Notes: generated by a model from the sequence alone, not told the origin. A stretch of 64,000 nt of DNA from Tubiluchus corallicola (GCA_030141605.1 JAQGDQ010000034.1:62001-126000), one strand, 5' to 3'. Shown: positions 45,403-60,573, counted from the stretch's first letter. Numbers and translations are program-made.

Positions 45403-48400
45403 TTACAGACGTGTGCAAAACTCACTTGACAGGGTATGAAAACTCCTCTGCTGATATATCTGACGAACCACGCTGTATGATATTGCCGCAGCGATACACG
45501 ACAATCCCAAGATAGCGGTTTGATACGACAGTGGTAGATAGTTGGTGTAGTAGAATCCTAACGCTGCAGACAAAGACTAAAACAATAACAACGCACTTGC
45601 ATTAGCAGCTTTACTGTACAAGCACGATGTGAAATCAGACATCTAAAGAGATTAAAGTGTTCAGAAAAAGTTCTAATTTTCTAGGAGATTTTAGATGACA
45701 TGGACAAGAAGTAGCTTCCTGCATTAGCAAGTAATCTACACCCAAATTCGCAAAATTGATAGTATAATCCACTAAACTAAAAATTGCACAAATATTTTTA
45801 ATGTTTTTAAGGTTATTGGTATTTAGACAGAGCTGGATCATGATGTTTTGGGGCCCATACACTATTGAAAATGTGAGGTCCCCTAAGATGTACCCACCCT
45901 CTAATTTGCTCATACTTGTCTCAAATACTTCTTATTTGTGATATATTTTAGAAAAATTTACATAGCTGGGGCTGCATATTTCAAATAAAGCGCTTCAAAG
46001 CGGGATCTTTATCTGAAATAAACGGCCTCAAACAAGGGGTTTTTGTCTAAATAAAAGGCCTCAAACAGGGATCCTTTATCTTAAACGAGGAGCCACTTTA
46101 AAATTAGATTTTTAGACTTCCTTGTCTCTCTTTTTTAAAGTTGAAATTTTATTTTAAGTTATTTGAATTATTCAGCAATGCAAAGTATGGACGCCCAAGC
46201 TTGAGAGGGTCGTAGGTTGCAGCTTATACTAGGCTATACGCTAACGAAGCTCTGTATTTTTTTCATTCTTATCACTTGTTACGAACAGTAAATCAAAGAT
46301 CAATGAAGTTTTTTAAGAAATGCGAAATGGCATTAGACTCTTTAAAAACATCTGTTATTGTATTGTCAGTTTATAGCATCAGAGCTGTGATATCAAAAAT
46401 GAGAGTGTTCCTTAACTCAAAATTAAATTCTCTTTCTCAAGGTTGTTTTCAGTTTTTATTTTTTCCTTTTCGTTTCTTTCAAGCAGTATCTATAGTTAAT
46501 CATTTTGAAAAGTATACATTTGAAATCAATCTTGTGGTAACCATTATAAAATTATCTTGACAGATTTTCTACAGTTGTTTCACTCAGCTCTTTCAATATA
46601 CTAACCTACTATATCCTAAGAAGAAGAACATCAATGTGAACAAATACTGCTGCTTACTAGGAAGCATAAAGTTGCTGCCAAACTGAGCGAACCATATTGA
46701 ACTAAGTCACCAATTACAAAAGTTAATTATTTTGTTACTCACATAAAAGCACTTGGTCATTGCAAAAGCTGGAGCAAAGTTCTCAGAAAACATCAAACTC
46801 ATCAGTGTGAGCAACTAAAATAAACAAAGCGTGCTGGTAAAATAAAAAAACAAACTGAAATCGGTTTAATAAAATGCACTAATAAATGGATTATGGATAA
46901 ACTGCAGCAATTAAAATTTTTGTTAACGTACGAATTGAAAGCAGCTCGGCGATCATTATAACTGAAAATAACAACAGGAAAGCTATAAGGATGTGTCCAG
47001 CGCAGATAATTTGTGAAATTTTGTAGCTATTTTCTTTTCTTCAAACATGATTAAGAAATCAGAAAAAGTTAAAAAGTGAATACTGATCTTGTTTCTTCCT
47101 TGCATGTTTCGGGGATGACTAAGGACGGATGACCATTCAACAAAATTATGAATAGGAATCTTCTGAATTCTTTTAGCACTTATCCAGCTTACTGCAATGA
47201 CAAATGCACGCACACACACACACACACATACATACACACATACATACACACTCGCACGAGCACGAGGAAGACATTAAAAGCTCATAATTAAAACAAAAAT
47301 AAGTCTGCCAATTCACTGCTATACAGCAGCAAAACTGAGTTATTACAATTTTGTGTTACAATATTTTCAAGCATATACTTGAGAAGTGAACCCTACTTCA
47401 ACAAACTAAAGAAAGGTATGCTGCAGTTTAAACAAAAACAGGCATTCGTGGCATTTTTTCTATTTTTGTATCTTGTATGTAATTAGACTATGAGCATGTT
47501 TAATGTGTACTGAAAAAGAACAGCGGAGGTTGAGGAAAACGGAAACTGCCAATTAAAAACCGAAGCATTTCTTGTGATCTTTACTCACCTGTGAAAAAAA
47601 GAAAGCCAGACCAATACCCAGCAAAAAACTTGTGACTAGAACAACACTGGCACTGCAAGTAAAAAACATTTGTTATATCCCAATTCACGTGTCTATATAT
47701 AAATGTCTTATGAAGTTTGGCATTGTAGTACACAATTTCTTTTTATGGTTATATAGATCCAGACATCTTGTTAAAACTTTAACATCTTAAGTCATAAGCC
47801 ACAAGTCATTTATTTCACATTACACATTTACAATAGTTTCATGTACAATATCTAGTGAAAGGGCCTACAATGAACATAATACAAATAAGAAAGACTGCAC
47901 AGGAAAAGCATCAAACACTGTTCACCTATATACGAAGGTAAATGTGTTGCGGGCAATCAAAAAGAAGGGCTTGTTAGATTGTCCCACACAGTGAAAGGAA
48001 AAAAAGTAATGGAAATATTCTGAAAATTTAAAGTGAATCGTGTGATAAAAAAAGAAAAGCATTAGTGCTTAAAATGGAATGATGTAATGAATGAAGCTCA
48101 TATATGGGATGATATAAAAGATAGAAAGACTATTGTTTGTTAATAGTATGTAAAATTAAGATAACTAAAATTGAATTTAAACCTGAATTTAAGAAAACTA
48201 AATTTGAAATTTAAACCTCTAAGATTCCATCCATTATTTATACACATTACAGAAGAAAAAATACTGTTTTCTAAGACATTATAAAATTTCAATACCTCAA
48301 GTTTTTTCTAAAAATAGATATAAATAGGTTAAAAAGAGGTTAAATACGTTTAACTTCTTAGACAGATGAAACTGCACATAAAAACAGAATAGACACTTGG

Positions 48401-51400
48401 TAGAACTTAAGGTAATAAATTTAAACTTTTATTACAAATAAGATAAATTAACGAGTCTGTGAAAGTTGTAACTGTATATTTAGGTGCTGCCATCTATTGA
48501 TTCGTTACTTTAAACATTTACTAGTTGAATTCACCCCTTAATGCAATTGTATGTTCCAATGAATATTCAAACTCACTGTATCTCCCCTATTTTTCTGTAA
48601 TGGGATATGTGAAGCCATGTTTTTGCATAGTTCTTTACATATATAAACTGGCTAGATTCCACTTCTAGCCACTGTCTACTCATTCGTGATCACTGCAGGA
48701 CACGCTGGTCCTCAGTGTAGCAGTCATGTTACATATAACTATTTAGTGCAATAAAAGTGTTTTAGTTTGTGCAAATATTTAATCTTGTGTTTAGTTGTTT
48801 CTACCAGTGTTCAATTTCGACTTCACAAATATCTTTCACAGAGTCCAAGTGGTTGGCATGTGTATGTCGTAGCTTTTTCAAGGTAAATATAGAATTTTTA
48901 AAGGAAAATTCCAAAAGTAACCAGTCAAATGATGTTCCAAATCATTTACTTTACAGTTCAGGAGACACAAAAATATCTGTTGGGCTTCTTAGGTTTCTGA
49001 CTCAATAGTCATAAAACTGAATAGATGCCAGATAATGCTTACTGCAAAAAAGAATTAACACAATTACTGTTTGATTTTGGCAGTATGAGATCCACAAAAA
49101 AGTAACTTCCCAAATAAGAAATTTACAGGCTCACGTTTTGGACTACAAAACTATAACTTCCCAAATTACAATTTTACAGGCTCCAATTTCAGTTTGGAGT
49201 TCAACGATATTTTTTTTGTAGCTCACTTAGTTGTAGTTGTTACATTGTTTCCTACCAAATTCAAGTTTCAAAAAGAATTAAAAAATAATGATAAATAGAG
49301 ACACAAAATCTTTACCTTGGAGGTGCAATGAAAGACAATTCATTTGTTTCTATCACAGGTGACTTTAATGGAAGATTCAGGTATGACAGCACGTATGCCG
49401 TCACATGAAAGACCGTACCCAGCAGGTATAATGGTTCAAAGATGCCCGGCAAATGCATGGACCACTTGCCAAATTTGAAAATACAGATACCGCCTAAAAT
49501 AGAAAATATGTTTATAGTCAGTTGCCATTAAAATTACTTTTTTATAGGGTATTAAAGTTATGGGATAATAAACTAAATGATTATTAAATAGAAGAGTATC
49601 CAAACATTGTTGGAGTAGCTTTATTTATCACACTCATTGAAGTGCCGCCAGTGCAAAGCAGAAAAAATAGAAAGCAATTACTGCCCACCCATTTTCAGTG
49701 AATCAGTTTAAAGCTTAAAGACACATTGTTGACTTTGACATTCCTAAGTCAATTTCCTGACATTCATGTTTCTATTGACACGTTTTATTATTGAGGCAAT
49801 AGCCGAGTGGTCACAAAGTATGCTTAATGACTGAATTTAGGCAACTGCAAATCTGATTAGTAAATGGATATGTGAATGGATAGTAAATGGAAAACGTCAG
49901 AAAAACTGTTGAAGCGGTTTTATATGCCATACTGCCCTCAGCTATTGACCTCACTAGCAAGTCTAGGATACACATGTATCCAAACATAAATAAAGTGCCT
50001 CTGTCGATTCAGTGTTTAACTCTTAAAGGATTACTTTTAATAATGAGCGGAGTTCTGGTCCCGCCACAAACATAGACATACTGGGGTCCTGCCATTAAGT
50101 GCGGGATCCCAGACTGGCAGAATGCTGTGCACATTGTTAGACAAAATGTCAGACAAGGACAAGAATTACTTGCAAACTTACCTAAAACTTCAGATATGCC
50201 AATCATCAGCCCATGAAGTCCCATCAGTGGTTTTGCCATCTCTCCAAGCTGTTGAGTGTGACCGATACTCGTAGAATAGACGGCACCGACGAACATCACT
50301 AAAATTCCTATAATCATAACCACACGCCTTACTAATTGTAACAAACTACACTTACTAACAGTCAGCTGACAACTTATAGTGCAGGGTTATTAAAACTTAG
50401 TTTCATACCATTAGAATTTGTAACAAAACTACATTTTGCTATAACGTAAAAAGTTGAATTATATGTTCAGCACATAGAGATGCATTATGAATTAAATAAC
50501 AGGATGTGCTATAGTAGCTCTTCGTATTGTATTTTTTGTGGTATTTTGATGTCATACCCATATAATAACTTATAAGCATATGAACACAGCGGAAATGTGA
50601 CTAGTAGCCGGATATGTAAACCAACTGATTTGTTACTGAACTAGTGCAATGTAAGAAACACTGTTAGTGACCAGGAGTAGTATTAGGAGGACTCTCTCTG
50701 ACTGAGGGCATTGTTACATATTGAATGTTATATACTGAATGCTACATAATGAATGCAGTATTAAACATAGCTACTTTCAAGTGGACAGACTTTTTTACAT
50801 TTAAAGAGTTTCTTTTACTATCTTTTGTATTACATAATATTTCATCAAATGTGACTGCATTGTACTGTTGTTTTAACAAAGCGGTAAAGAGAATAAAAAT
50901 GGCCATACTATTATGTAATCACATTGCCTCATGTATAACTGAGATACCACAATTAATCTACCAGGCAAAATGAAATGAATTCATCACAGTCTATAAAGTC
51001 TCAAAACTGATCACACAAGAAGCAAAGTGTTGTGTTTCGTTTAATATTTTACGGCAAGCAACGATTAGATACATTTCTGCTTACCTGAATATGCAGTCAC
51101 TACAAATAAAAGCAGCATTTCCTTTCTGCACAACAGCCCCAAAGAAATCTCTAAAAAGAAATGATAACACAAATTTTAATGGAAAACCGTCACTTGCAAA
51201 CATTAACTTTTTCAATTATTTACACCCACCTACAGAGATTTTTCACATCTTGTTGATGAAGTTATTGACTCTCTTGCAAGAGTTTGTAGACGCCTTTGTA
51301 ACTGCCGAAAAACTCAAAGAACTTCAAAATTCAAAGTTTAAAAACATATTAGTTAAAAGTTTATTAGTGGACAAAGGTGCAGAAAGTGCTCAAGAAGTTT

Positions 51401-54400
51401 TGACATCTATTACGAGACATACAGATTGACAGACAATGAAATCATGCCATCATCTGTCTGCCACTCGAAATGTGCCCAAGACAAAAACACGGAATTTACA
51501 AAAAAAGCTTTACCAAAACTAGGCAATGGTAAATTTTGCACTATGTCTAGCTAGGCACGTCAAGCATGTGGGCAAGACTGGAACCAAACCCATTATCATG
51601 GATAACCATTTAAGATGAGAAACTGAATGGCAGAGGCATCTGGATAAGAATACATTCTCCCTCGACAAGATGAACAGCAAAAATTAAAAGCGAAGAGTCA
51701 CTCATCCATTCACATTCCAAATTTTGGTGTTGTTTCACTTTGTTTGTTAAGCTCACAATGTGGCCAACTCCATCATTTCCAAGGCAACAGGTAAAATTTA
51801 AATTTATCAATACTGTGTTTACCACAACTCATACCTTGCATAAATGCACAGTAACAGATCTAAGGAAATTAAAAGCTTAATGCAAAACATTTAACAATAA
51901 GAAGAAACCTACTGAAAGCTTGCAGTGGTCCATCTTTTTCGCCACTTCCCCTAGAAAACAACAATATATAAAATTTCTGCATTTAATGCAGCTATGTAGC
52001 TGTCGATCATAAGCAGCCTATTGCTAATGGGCAATAATAAAATGTCTAATTTCACTTAATCTCACAGAGAGAAAGTTCACAGAAAATAGATTTCTGTAAG
52101 CATTTCTGTTTTGCATACAAATAAACATAACGTATGAAAAACGATATTTTTCTGTGCGATCAAGTTCTTTTTTGCACAGTTCAGTACAATGCCAGCAAAA
52201 GCGGTACACAATTATGTTGATGATTGTGGCAGGACAGGAATTTAGCCACTCACCAAGATTAATCGTCTTAGGTGATATGCAATTAACAAACAAAGATGGC
52301 TTAGCATCATTTCAAAGACTAACTTGAACATTTTGGTTGCAGTCATCTATCCACTTACTAGCCAAGATCAATTTGCTTAACTTTACTTGCTAAGCACACG
52401 CACATCACTTAACCATTTCGTTTCATCAAAATACCAAGAGTATTTTTCTTTACAATAAAGTCCAACTTTACTTTATTAGCGCTAGCCACTTACTTAATAT
52501 TTACTACTTTTTTGCTAAAACATAAATCAATTACTTACTGTGTAACTTTGCTGGGTGTCCTATAAGCACCAGGATCTGGTGACCTCTTATCATCCATAAT
52601 ACCAAGCAGCACTAGGCCTAAGACAGATGTAGTAAACAGCAAGAGAAATATCTTTTCTCTGCTACAGTCAGAAATCTCGATCTTGTCTTCTCTAAACCGA
52701 TACCAGACGTACAAGTTTCCAACAAAATTGCTGAAAAAAGCATCCTTCCACTGATGACGTAATCCGTAAAGTGTAAAGGAAAATTCTGGCCAGTTTTTAC
52801 TTGCAGTTAAAGAAAAACTTGAATGTGCTTCAGACTGGAAAATCTGGTTTTAAGAAAGACACCAGACGAATGGTCCATGGCACGTGTAAATATATATAGT
52901 TTGCTTAATGTCATATTTTCGCTTAGCATCTAACAATAGCAATAACAATCCTAATGAATTTAAACTTCTTTCAGATTCTTTTAACACTGAACCCTGCAGG
53001 GGTCAAAAATTAAATGAAATATAAGTTATCATGTCGAAAATATATTTATATATGCTGCTTATTTTTGGTGTTTTTACTTAAAACATCTTGAAAGCTTGTA
53101 ATAAATACACATTTACAACTTTTCCATTTATATGTATATTATATTGTATAATGAATTCTTGTTTTGTACAAAGTGCTACTTTGAGCAAAAGCTGCTTACC
53201 AAACATTAATGTGTAGAGTGTTATTAATGTAATCATAAACCTTTATTTGAAAAAAGTTATTTACAGTGTGTTTAGGTAAAGTGTAACAGTAATGTGTAAA
53301 AAAAAGTAGAAAAAACAAAAATGCAGAATTGCCACATCAGGTCCTTATCTTACTAGACATGGTTATTAGTTACTAAAAGTAAATAACTAATAAATAAAAC
53401 CAAATAAATAACCAACTGAATAAGTAAAATACATTATTTTGTACATACACCCTAAATTTTTTTCAATATTTATTCAACCCACATCTCAATTTTAAAACAT
53501 TATATATGTAATTGCATTTATGATTTATATACGGATGCGGGCTGGGAGACCATACATGGTAAAACGCGGTAAAACGTACGGGCCACTTTTAGAGAATCTT
53601 ACAACTTCGACTTGAGTTTTACGTCAATGAAGATGTCTTTAATTAATATCAATTATTATACTAATAGAAAAACTTACTGCATTGGAAACAGGATGGCAAA
53701 AAAGCCGATGTTTCGTGATATTGTTTCATCTGTAGACATGATGGCTTTGTAGTTGTTCTCACTAACCCACAATACTGAAAACAATTAGAAAATAATGCTC
53801 AGCATTGGAAAGACATTCAAGTACTATAGAACCACAAAGAAAAAGCACAAAACACTTCTAACAAGAAAAATAACCCTAAATGATGGTAAGTGCAAAATCA
53901 TTTCAAGAAAAACTTAACAATTAAACGTGTAAATGGTCATTGAACAATAACTTAAGTTATTGGCTTAAGTTTAGTCTTTTGTTATTTACATTTATATCAC
54001 ATTATATTGTGCTTTTGCTGACTGAGTTAAATTTTACTTACTAATAGACGAGATTTGACAAGCCAAGATTTTATATTAAAAAGTCTGTAGAAAATCGATT
54101 AAACTTAATAAATATACATATAACTATAGAACAAAAATGTCGTAGCATTGTTAGACTGAATGAAAGAATCAAGAAACTTTAGCATGAGAATTCGTCTCAA
54201 GGTGCTCCCACTATCAGTCTGATTGTGTTCAGACTGGAAATCCTAAACAGGTGCAAAATCTTTCCCTTTCAAGTTAATAATTATACAACACATCACCATA
54301 GTAGTAACACTGAAATGAGTTAGTTCATGCAGCATGCCATTATCTCTGACTAATAACAAATAATAGCCTTGGTCGAATGCCAAGAAATATTCTGTGTTTT

Positions 54401-57400
54401 TCATTTAAAATACACGTCATAAAGTCATTGTATAAAAGAGATACAAGACTTCTGCTGTGCAGTTCTTCTAAACTGCTACGGTATAACAGCTCAAACTGTC
54501 TTTAAATGGTTAACTGTATATTGGTTAATAGGTTAAGTGCGTCAGTTGACATTGTTGTTGGTTTAGTACATGGGTTCCTAACCTCGGGGTCAAGACTCCA
54601 ACTGGGGTCGGCAAGCACTTTTCGTGGGGTGAGAGCTAGTCCAAGAACTATTTTTAAAAAATGCTGTTTTCATGAAAACTATGTAAGTAGGTCTTATTTC
54701 CCCATTCTCTAATTACATCATTTTCTTCTGGAAAGTGAAACTGCGTTTTCCCGCTGCAAATGCAGTATAGCAGTGCTTGATTTTCCGGGAAAATAAAAAT
54801 GTGCATTGTTCCGTGCTGTACACTTGTGTACAGTGTACACAGCCCGAAAGCGAGTCGCTATACATTTTACCTTAGATACCTATTGCTGTTGCATTACTGG
54901 TAGTTAAGAAACAGGTGCAACAATCACATTAATGAATTAATGAAACAATCACCCATTGTTCAATAATTTGTTGAACAGTAAGTTAAAATAAATGCAAATG
55001 ATAATGATGTTTAATAGTATAACATGTAATTATGTTCTTCGTAGGGTCATGATATGATGCAGGGATCTGGAGGGGGGTTGCCATCAACAAAAGGACTGTA
55101 TAATGGCTCAAACCATTTTTAATTAGTTAGCTGTTAACTGTTAATTGGTTAAGAGTGTCTATCGCTATTGATTTGGTGTAACAGTAATTCGGGATCGTCT
55201 TTAGTTGAAATTAATTCTTGTTCTCTACTGTAATTGCTCTACAAGTGTAGTCAAATATCTGCAGTTAACATGTAAGTGGAAGTCTTTTGTTATTTTTTGT
55301 GTGACCAATGTTATCAGTTTCTGAAGTGTGAATCTAATATTCAATAAAAACTTCCTCGTGGTATACGGGTTTTATGCCATGTTTGCAGTCTGTGTATCCC
55401 CTGCATAGGTTGTATATGTGTACTATAAAATCTGCATACCACGACTCAGAGTCAGCCTACAGGTAATATTGTACTTACTAGCACCGCTGAAGCCTAGCAG
55501 AGCTGAACCAAAGTAGATCCAAAATGCAGTTGGCCTCAGGAAAAATAACATAAATATGCTACAAAAAATACATACAGCTGTTACAGAAACAATTGAGCAG
55601 CTCTGATTATCATAGTATTTTAAACAATGACTACAATTATGGAATAAACATTGCCACTGGTTATGTAAATTGCTGAGGAAAGGTATGCAGACATTGGCTG
55701 TCATAGATCAACATCTCATATTAAAAGATAACCATTGATGGGGTGGATAATAGCTGAGTGGTCATGACATGTGCTTAGTAATAGAAGTTAAGGAATTTTG
55801 GGCTTGGTTAGTAAATGGATGGGCCAGATTCTCAAACATTTGTTTTATTTCCCATCTTTTCAAAAAGATCCCCAAAAAGGAAGTGAAAGTAAATTGGACA
55901 AATAATCGACTTCATCATAACAGTAATTTTTGATCTTTATATATATTATAAAAGTTAGTGAGATACAATTTGAGCCACATTACCTGTGCACTATACTTGC
56001 AAACACCATTGCATACTTTGGTCCAGTCACAGCAATCACTGGTGGGACAAACCAATTAGATATAGCAAATGTTAAGTAAATTATTGACTGGCTGCAGAAA
56101 AAATTACAAACTAAACATTAAACAGTAAAAACGTTTTTTATTCTACAACGCTACAGTAGAACTTGATGTTAGAAACCCACAATTAATTTAATTTTAATAT
56201 CAAACTTGAAAGACAGAAAATGTGAAAAACTTCGACACAGTCTAAATTTAACCAGTGACTGTGAGACTTAGCGATCTTCTGTTTACATTGCAAAACTTTT
56301 CACATTTCCTGTCCTTCAAGTTAGGTATCGAAATTTAATTGCGGGTTTGTAATATCATTAATAAAAGGCTTGATATTACGAATATAATAATTAAAAGATT
56401 ACTATAGAAAATGTTTAAAGAGAAACTGTACTGACCCAATTTTAAGCTATGGTGAAAAATGATCTAACGTATAAAATATTAAAAGGGAAAATATTGTTTC
56501 TTTAAGAATGACATTAAAGAATTATTAATGTTACACGCATTTTGCCATTTACTAGTTAGATGGACAACATCGGAAATTCATTGCACAATTGTACAGAAAA
56601 TAGCCGTTGTACCTTTCAGTTCAGGTGTGAAATGGCACAGGTGTGAAAACGCATTTTATCCAAGCGACAAACTTGGCATTTAAATTTGCACTGTTTTCAA
56701 TTTTTGCTTTTGCAAATGTATGCAATGTATGCAAATATATGCATTCAGTTGTGAACTCATCTCTATTTATGCCTGCAGGCAGTTAATTAAGCTTCTAAGC
56801 TAAATTTTAATTATCAGAACCAATCTGGTGATATTATAGGTGAAAAAATGTATATTTTACCATACTTCAAAATGAGATAGCAGGTCCAGAATCATTCTGG
56901 TTTCCTTAAGAACACAAATAGATTTACGGAAATTGATAAGGAGAATAAGCAGCTTACAAAAAGTTAAAGAACTCACCTAATATAACCGTTGATTCCAAAA
57001 TTTTCTAATACAATTTTCTGAAAAAAATGTAAACAAATAGACATAAGATCGCGAATAACAGTGCACCCTGGTGAGTTGTGCTTAGTAAACAAACAACTTA
57101 TTATATAATTTGACACAGAACTAAATTCCAAATGTATAGATCCTATTTGTTACTAAGTCCTACTACCATTTTTGATTAAAAGTACAAACAAAAATAGATT
57201 TGCTATATTTGACACAACAGGTACAAAAATGCAATCATTTCTTTTATTGATTTTAATGCAGAGTTTCTGCAGCATGATTAGCAAATGTGGAAAAAGCATT
57301 TAAATTGCATCTAGGTTACCTCTATAATTTCGCAGGTACCGAAAGCAGTAAAGATGAGAGCAAATCCTAGACTTAAAAGAACAATGTTGAACGTGTTCCT

Positions 57401-57406
57401 ATCCAT
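45403..57406 (-). CDS. MFSD11: UNC93-like MFS transporter (MFSD11 family); 13 coding exons: 57406-57320, 57017-56977, 56091-55984, 55558-55479, 53774-53678, 52730-52539, 51950-51913, 51150-51085, 50307-50182, 49493-49316, 47652-47589, 46814-46743, 45576-45403
   Basis: Spliced product: MDRNTFNIVLLSLGFALIFTAFGTC..GYISQSIIY..SNWFVPPVIAVTGPKYAM..ISRNIG..FVGNLY..KEMLLL..TAYSG..VYSTSIG..GISEVLGG..YLNLP..SFLLGIG..APAFA..FYYTNYLPL. Collinear with MFSD11; all introns are GT-AG and phase-compatible. Confidence 0.88.
45828..46254. mobile_element. hAT-like MITE, copy 2 of the 32368..32785 family
   Basis: Termini cagagctggatcat and gaagctctg; shared internal aaataaa..ggcctcaaaca repeats and gaggagccactttaaaatt. 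Confidence 0.75.
47207..47251. repeat. (CA)n-rich microsatellite
   Basis: cacgcacacacacacacacacatacatacacacatacatacacac. Confidence 0.9.
56164..56357. repeat. Inverted repeat / foldback MITE relic
   Basis: About 65-bp arms: tgatgttagaaacccacaattaa...aacttgaaagacagaaaatgtgaaaa versus ttttcacatttcctgtccttcaagtt...ttaattgcgggtttgtaatatca. Confidence 0.7.
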
Positions 57407-58988
57407 TATAAAATGCCACAAAGTGTTAGCATAATGACACAAAAGATGGCACCCAGCACTGTTAAATGGTTATATATACAGGTGAGTTTGCCATATGTCT
57501 TATCTGAAAATGTAAAAAAAAAAGTTATCAGAAAAAAACCAGTATTTTTCAAAATAAAACTTCTAAAAACAGAATAATATTCCTCATTCCATAAACCGGC
57601 TATTTATTCCACCTATATCAGACAATCGACTGTTCTGCCATTGTGAATTCTAACAGATGACACTGCCTTGAGCTATAGGTGGCAGCAAATAGCTTTAAAT
57701 GGTATAACAATGTCTTGGTAAGATGCAATTGTCAGTGATACTCAGTGGCATAACTACTTTACAAGAGCATCAAGCAAATGTGTGCTCACTGCTCAAGGGC
57801 CCTTATGTCTACTGGATCTATGACAGTACTGTAAGCTACTACTCCACTCCCCTGCTAGCGAGGCCTAAGGGAGAGCCCACTTATAAAAATGCATTTTGTT
57901 TCATTTAACGAATATTGTGATTTTCGTTTGGAGGTTTATAAATTTAAAATAAGATCTTGGATTTGAGTCCCAGTTTGGCGCAAAACTTTTTAAAACTTTC
58001 TAATAATTTACTATTATTTTTGCATGTTTATATGACTATTTTTCCGAGCTAAAATGAAAAAATTGTTAATAATACACAAATGCAACTCTTATAAACAATT
58101 AGAAAAGTAACTAAATTTTTGAAAGGCAAACGATTCCTATATTCAAATTATATAAGACATTAGATCGATCTTTTCTTTTTGCTATTAAAAAATAAATCAA
58201 TGGATGTAATTACAGTGTAAATTTATAGAAGTGCAATATACTGACCAGCTATATTACTCTTACTCTATTCTTGTACCCTTAATTTTGTGATAGAGAAAGA
58301 AACAAAAATGACAATACTGAGGTAAAAGAGCACACAAGCTATTTTTAAACTTCCTTGGTTTGTATATGGCAGTGTTTTCATGCAGTCTGTTGCCATAACA
58401 ACAGTCTGTCTAGACAAAAAAGACATTTAACAGTTTGTTTAAGAGTTAAGGCTTGACTTATAAGTAGAACTAAGTTGCGTAGTATAGTTGCAGAGTACAA
58501 GTGGAAGGTAAAAGTAATCGCTGCCTTGAATAAAGAGAGTTTCATACGTTAAATTGCAGTGAAGTGTGATTAATTCACTTATCCTCAGGGCTCCTTTCCT
58601 TTGTGGGCCCACCCACATCTGAATTCGTCTGTAGGTGATTAGTTAAGACAGGCAATACTACTACTAATACTAGTGCTACATGGTACTCACATACTGATAC
58701 TTATCTTTGGTATAAATTTATATCTTGATACTGACATCAGACCAAATACATTTGTTCCATGAATCGTCAATACCATTTGGCATTACTTTTCAAATACTAA
58801 TACCAGTTTGTAGATGTCCCTTAATACTGGGCATATTCACATACTGACATAGGCATTAAACAAGCCTTGATATCAGTACATGATGTATAATTTTACAATA
58901 GTAAAGGATAATGCGTTGAGTATTTAAAAATTTCCTGATGCGAAGAAAAACTGTGCTATTCTCTTAGTCTTAATGTAGGATGCAACGC

Positions 58989-59772
58989 CATCCTACATTA
59001 AATTGGGCCTCTTAAAACTGAATGATATCTACAAACTCGAGCTTGCAAAATTTGTATACAAATTTAAAAATAACTTACTACCAGAATTGTTTCTAGATTA
59101 CTATACGCCAGCATCTGATACTCACAGTTACAACACTAGGTTTACTACTAGCAGTTGTTTCTTCATCGAACAATTTAATACATCTAAGGATCAAAGGTCG
59201 TTAAAATATCAGGGATCAGTATTATGGAACTCCCTACCTGCTCATATAACTTCTTTACCTCTGCATTCACTAAATAAACAGTACGCTAAGGCACTTCTTG
59301 AAACTTACAAATAAATCAGTTTTTTGTCTATTAGATGTACATTTCTGTGGTAACTTTTGCTGAAAAACATTTTTTATAAGGTGCAAACTCACTTTCTATA
59401 ATGTACAATAATGAAAATGCTTCTTATATTACAGGCAAACACAGTCAGCAAAATGGACATAATGATTTCACTCAGAAACAATTGTGAGGTATTTTCAATG
59501 AGTTGCTTAGTAGTTCATAAATTGTCAAGGTTTTTGGGTTTTTTTTGCTGTTTATTTTTGTTTTTGTATTTCTGCACGTTTATGTATTTTTTAATATAGT
59601 TGTGTCTACTGTCATTAGCGTCCTTTTGTTTACTGTCCTTTGAGAAGGGTGCTTGACTGGATAACCTTTGGTTTTTCGCCACCCTTTCCCCTATGTTCGT
59701 TTGTATTTTTGTGTATTTTATTGTCAAATCATTGTATATTTATGGAGGAAAATAAAATTACTATTACTATTA
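58989..59772 (+). mobile_element. 5'-truncated non-LTR retrotransposon (CR1/L2-group ORF2 C-terminus, 3' UTR and tail)
   Basis: ORF 59003..59314 LLKLNDIYKLELAKFVYK..HSYNTR..SLKYQGSVLWNSLP is a typical LINE ORF2 C-terminus; ends with AATAAA and a (TTACTA)n tail. Confidence 0.85.
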
Positions 59773-60205
59773 TAGTATTAATAAATAAATGAAGTCTGTT
59801 TCAAGTAAATTTCCTGACAACAAAATTACATCTAAATGATATTCGTGACATATGCAAGATAATTTACAATCACAGCGTTAAACACTATTTGGTACGCAAT
59901 AGTGGTGCCTGCCACGTACAGATGAACTGTGGTCAAAAACTAACCTATTTAATTACTGGCCGTCAGAGATTTAGCGCTTTTTTGCCTAACGCTTACCTTT
60001 GCAGAAAGTGCTTTTCCCCATCACCGCTAGCAACAGGAACCAAAACAAAGGGAAATCACGCACGAACCCGAACAAATCCGTTGAACTGTGGGCAATTCTT
60101 GCTTTCACTCAGTACAAAAAACCGTTATGTTACGCTTATTGAACTGTAGTAGTAGTAGTAATGTGGTGTGGTGGCTAAGGGTTCACACGACAGAAGTGCA
60201 ATGGC

Positions 60206-60573
60206 TAGGGGTGAGCATCGAACGAGTTCTTTTAGTTCGAACTCGATTCGAATTCAAAACTATAATTTAGCACTTCAATCACACATGCTCTTTATCACTA
60301 AAACGATTGAAACATCATGCAATTAGCATAATTTAGCTGTGATTTCTTCACACAATTTTAAAGAAATTACTAGTCGTTTTATTGCAGAATAAAATCTAGT
60401 GATATGCACGATCTTTGTAAGAATAATTTTTGCGGGTGGTTCGAAAACTTGTTCGAAAATCTTTCGATCTCAATTCGAATTCGAAACACTGAAGTTCGGT
60501 ACCGATTCGAATTCGAAAGTCACAAATTCGGTTCGATTCGAATTCGCTTTCTGGTAAAGAATGCTCACCCATA
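60206..60573. mobile_element. hAT-like MITE with near-perfect 8-bp TSD
   Basis: TIR TAGGGGTGAGCAT / ATGCTCACCCATA; TSD gcaatggc / gaaatggc; second copy at 20053..20444. Confidence 0.85.

Noticed and set aside
51091-51429. 112-aa plus-strand ORF
   Set aside because: Antisense to an MFSD11 exon and intron; no recognisable domain.
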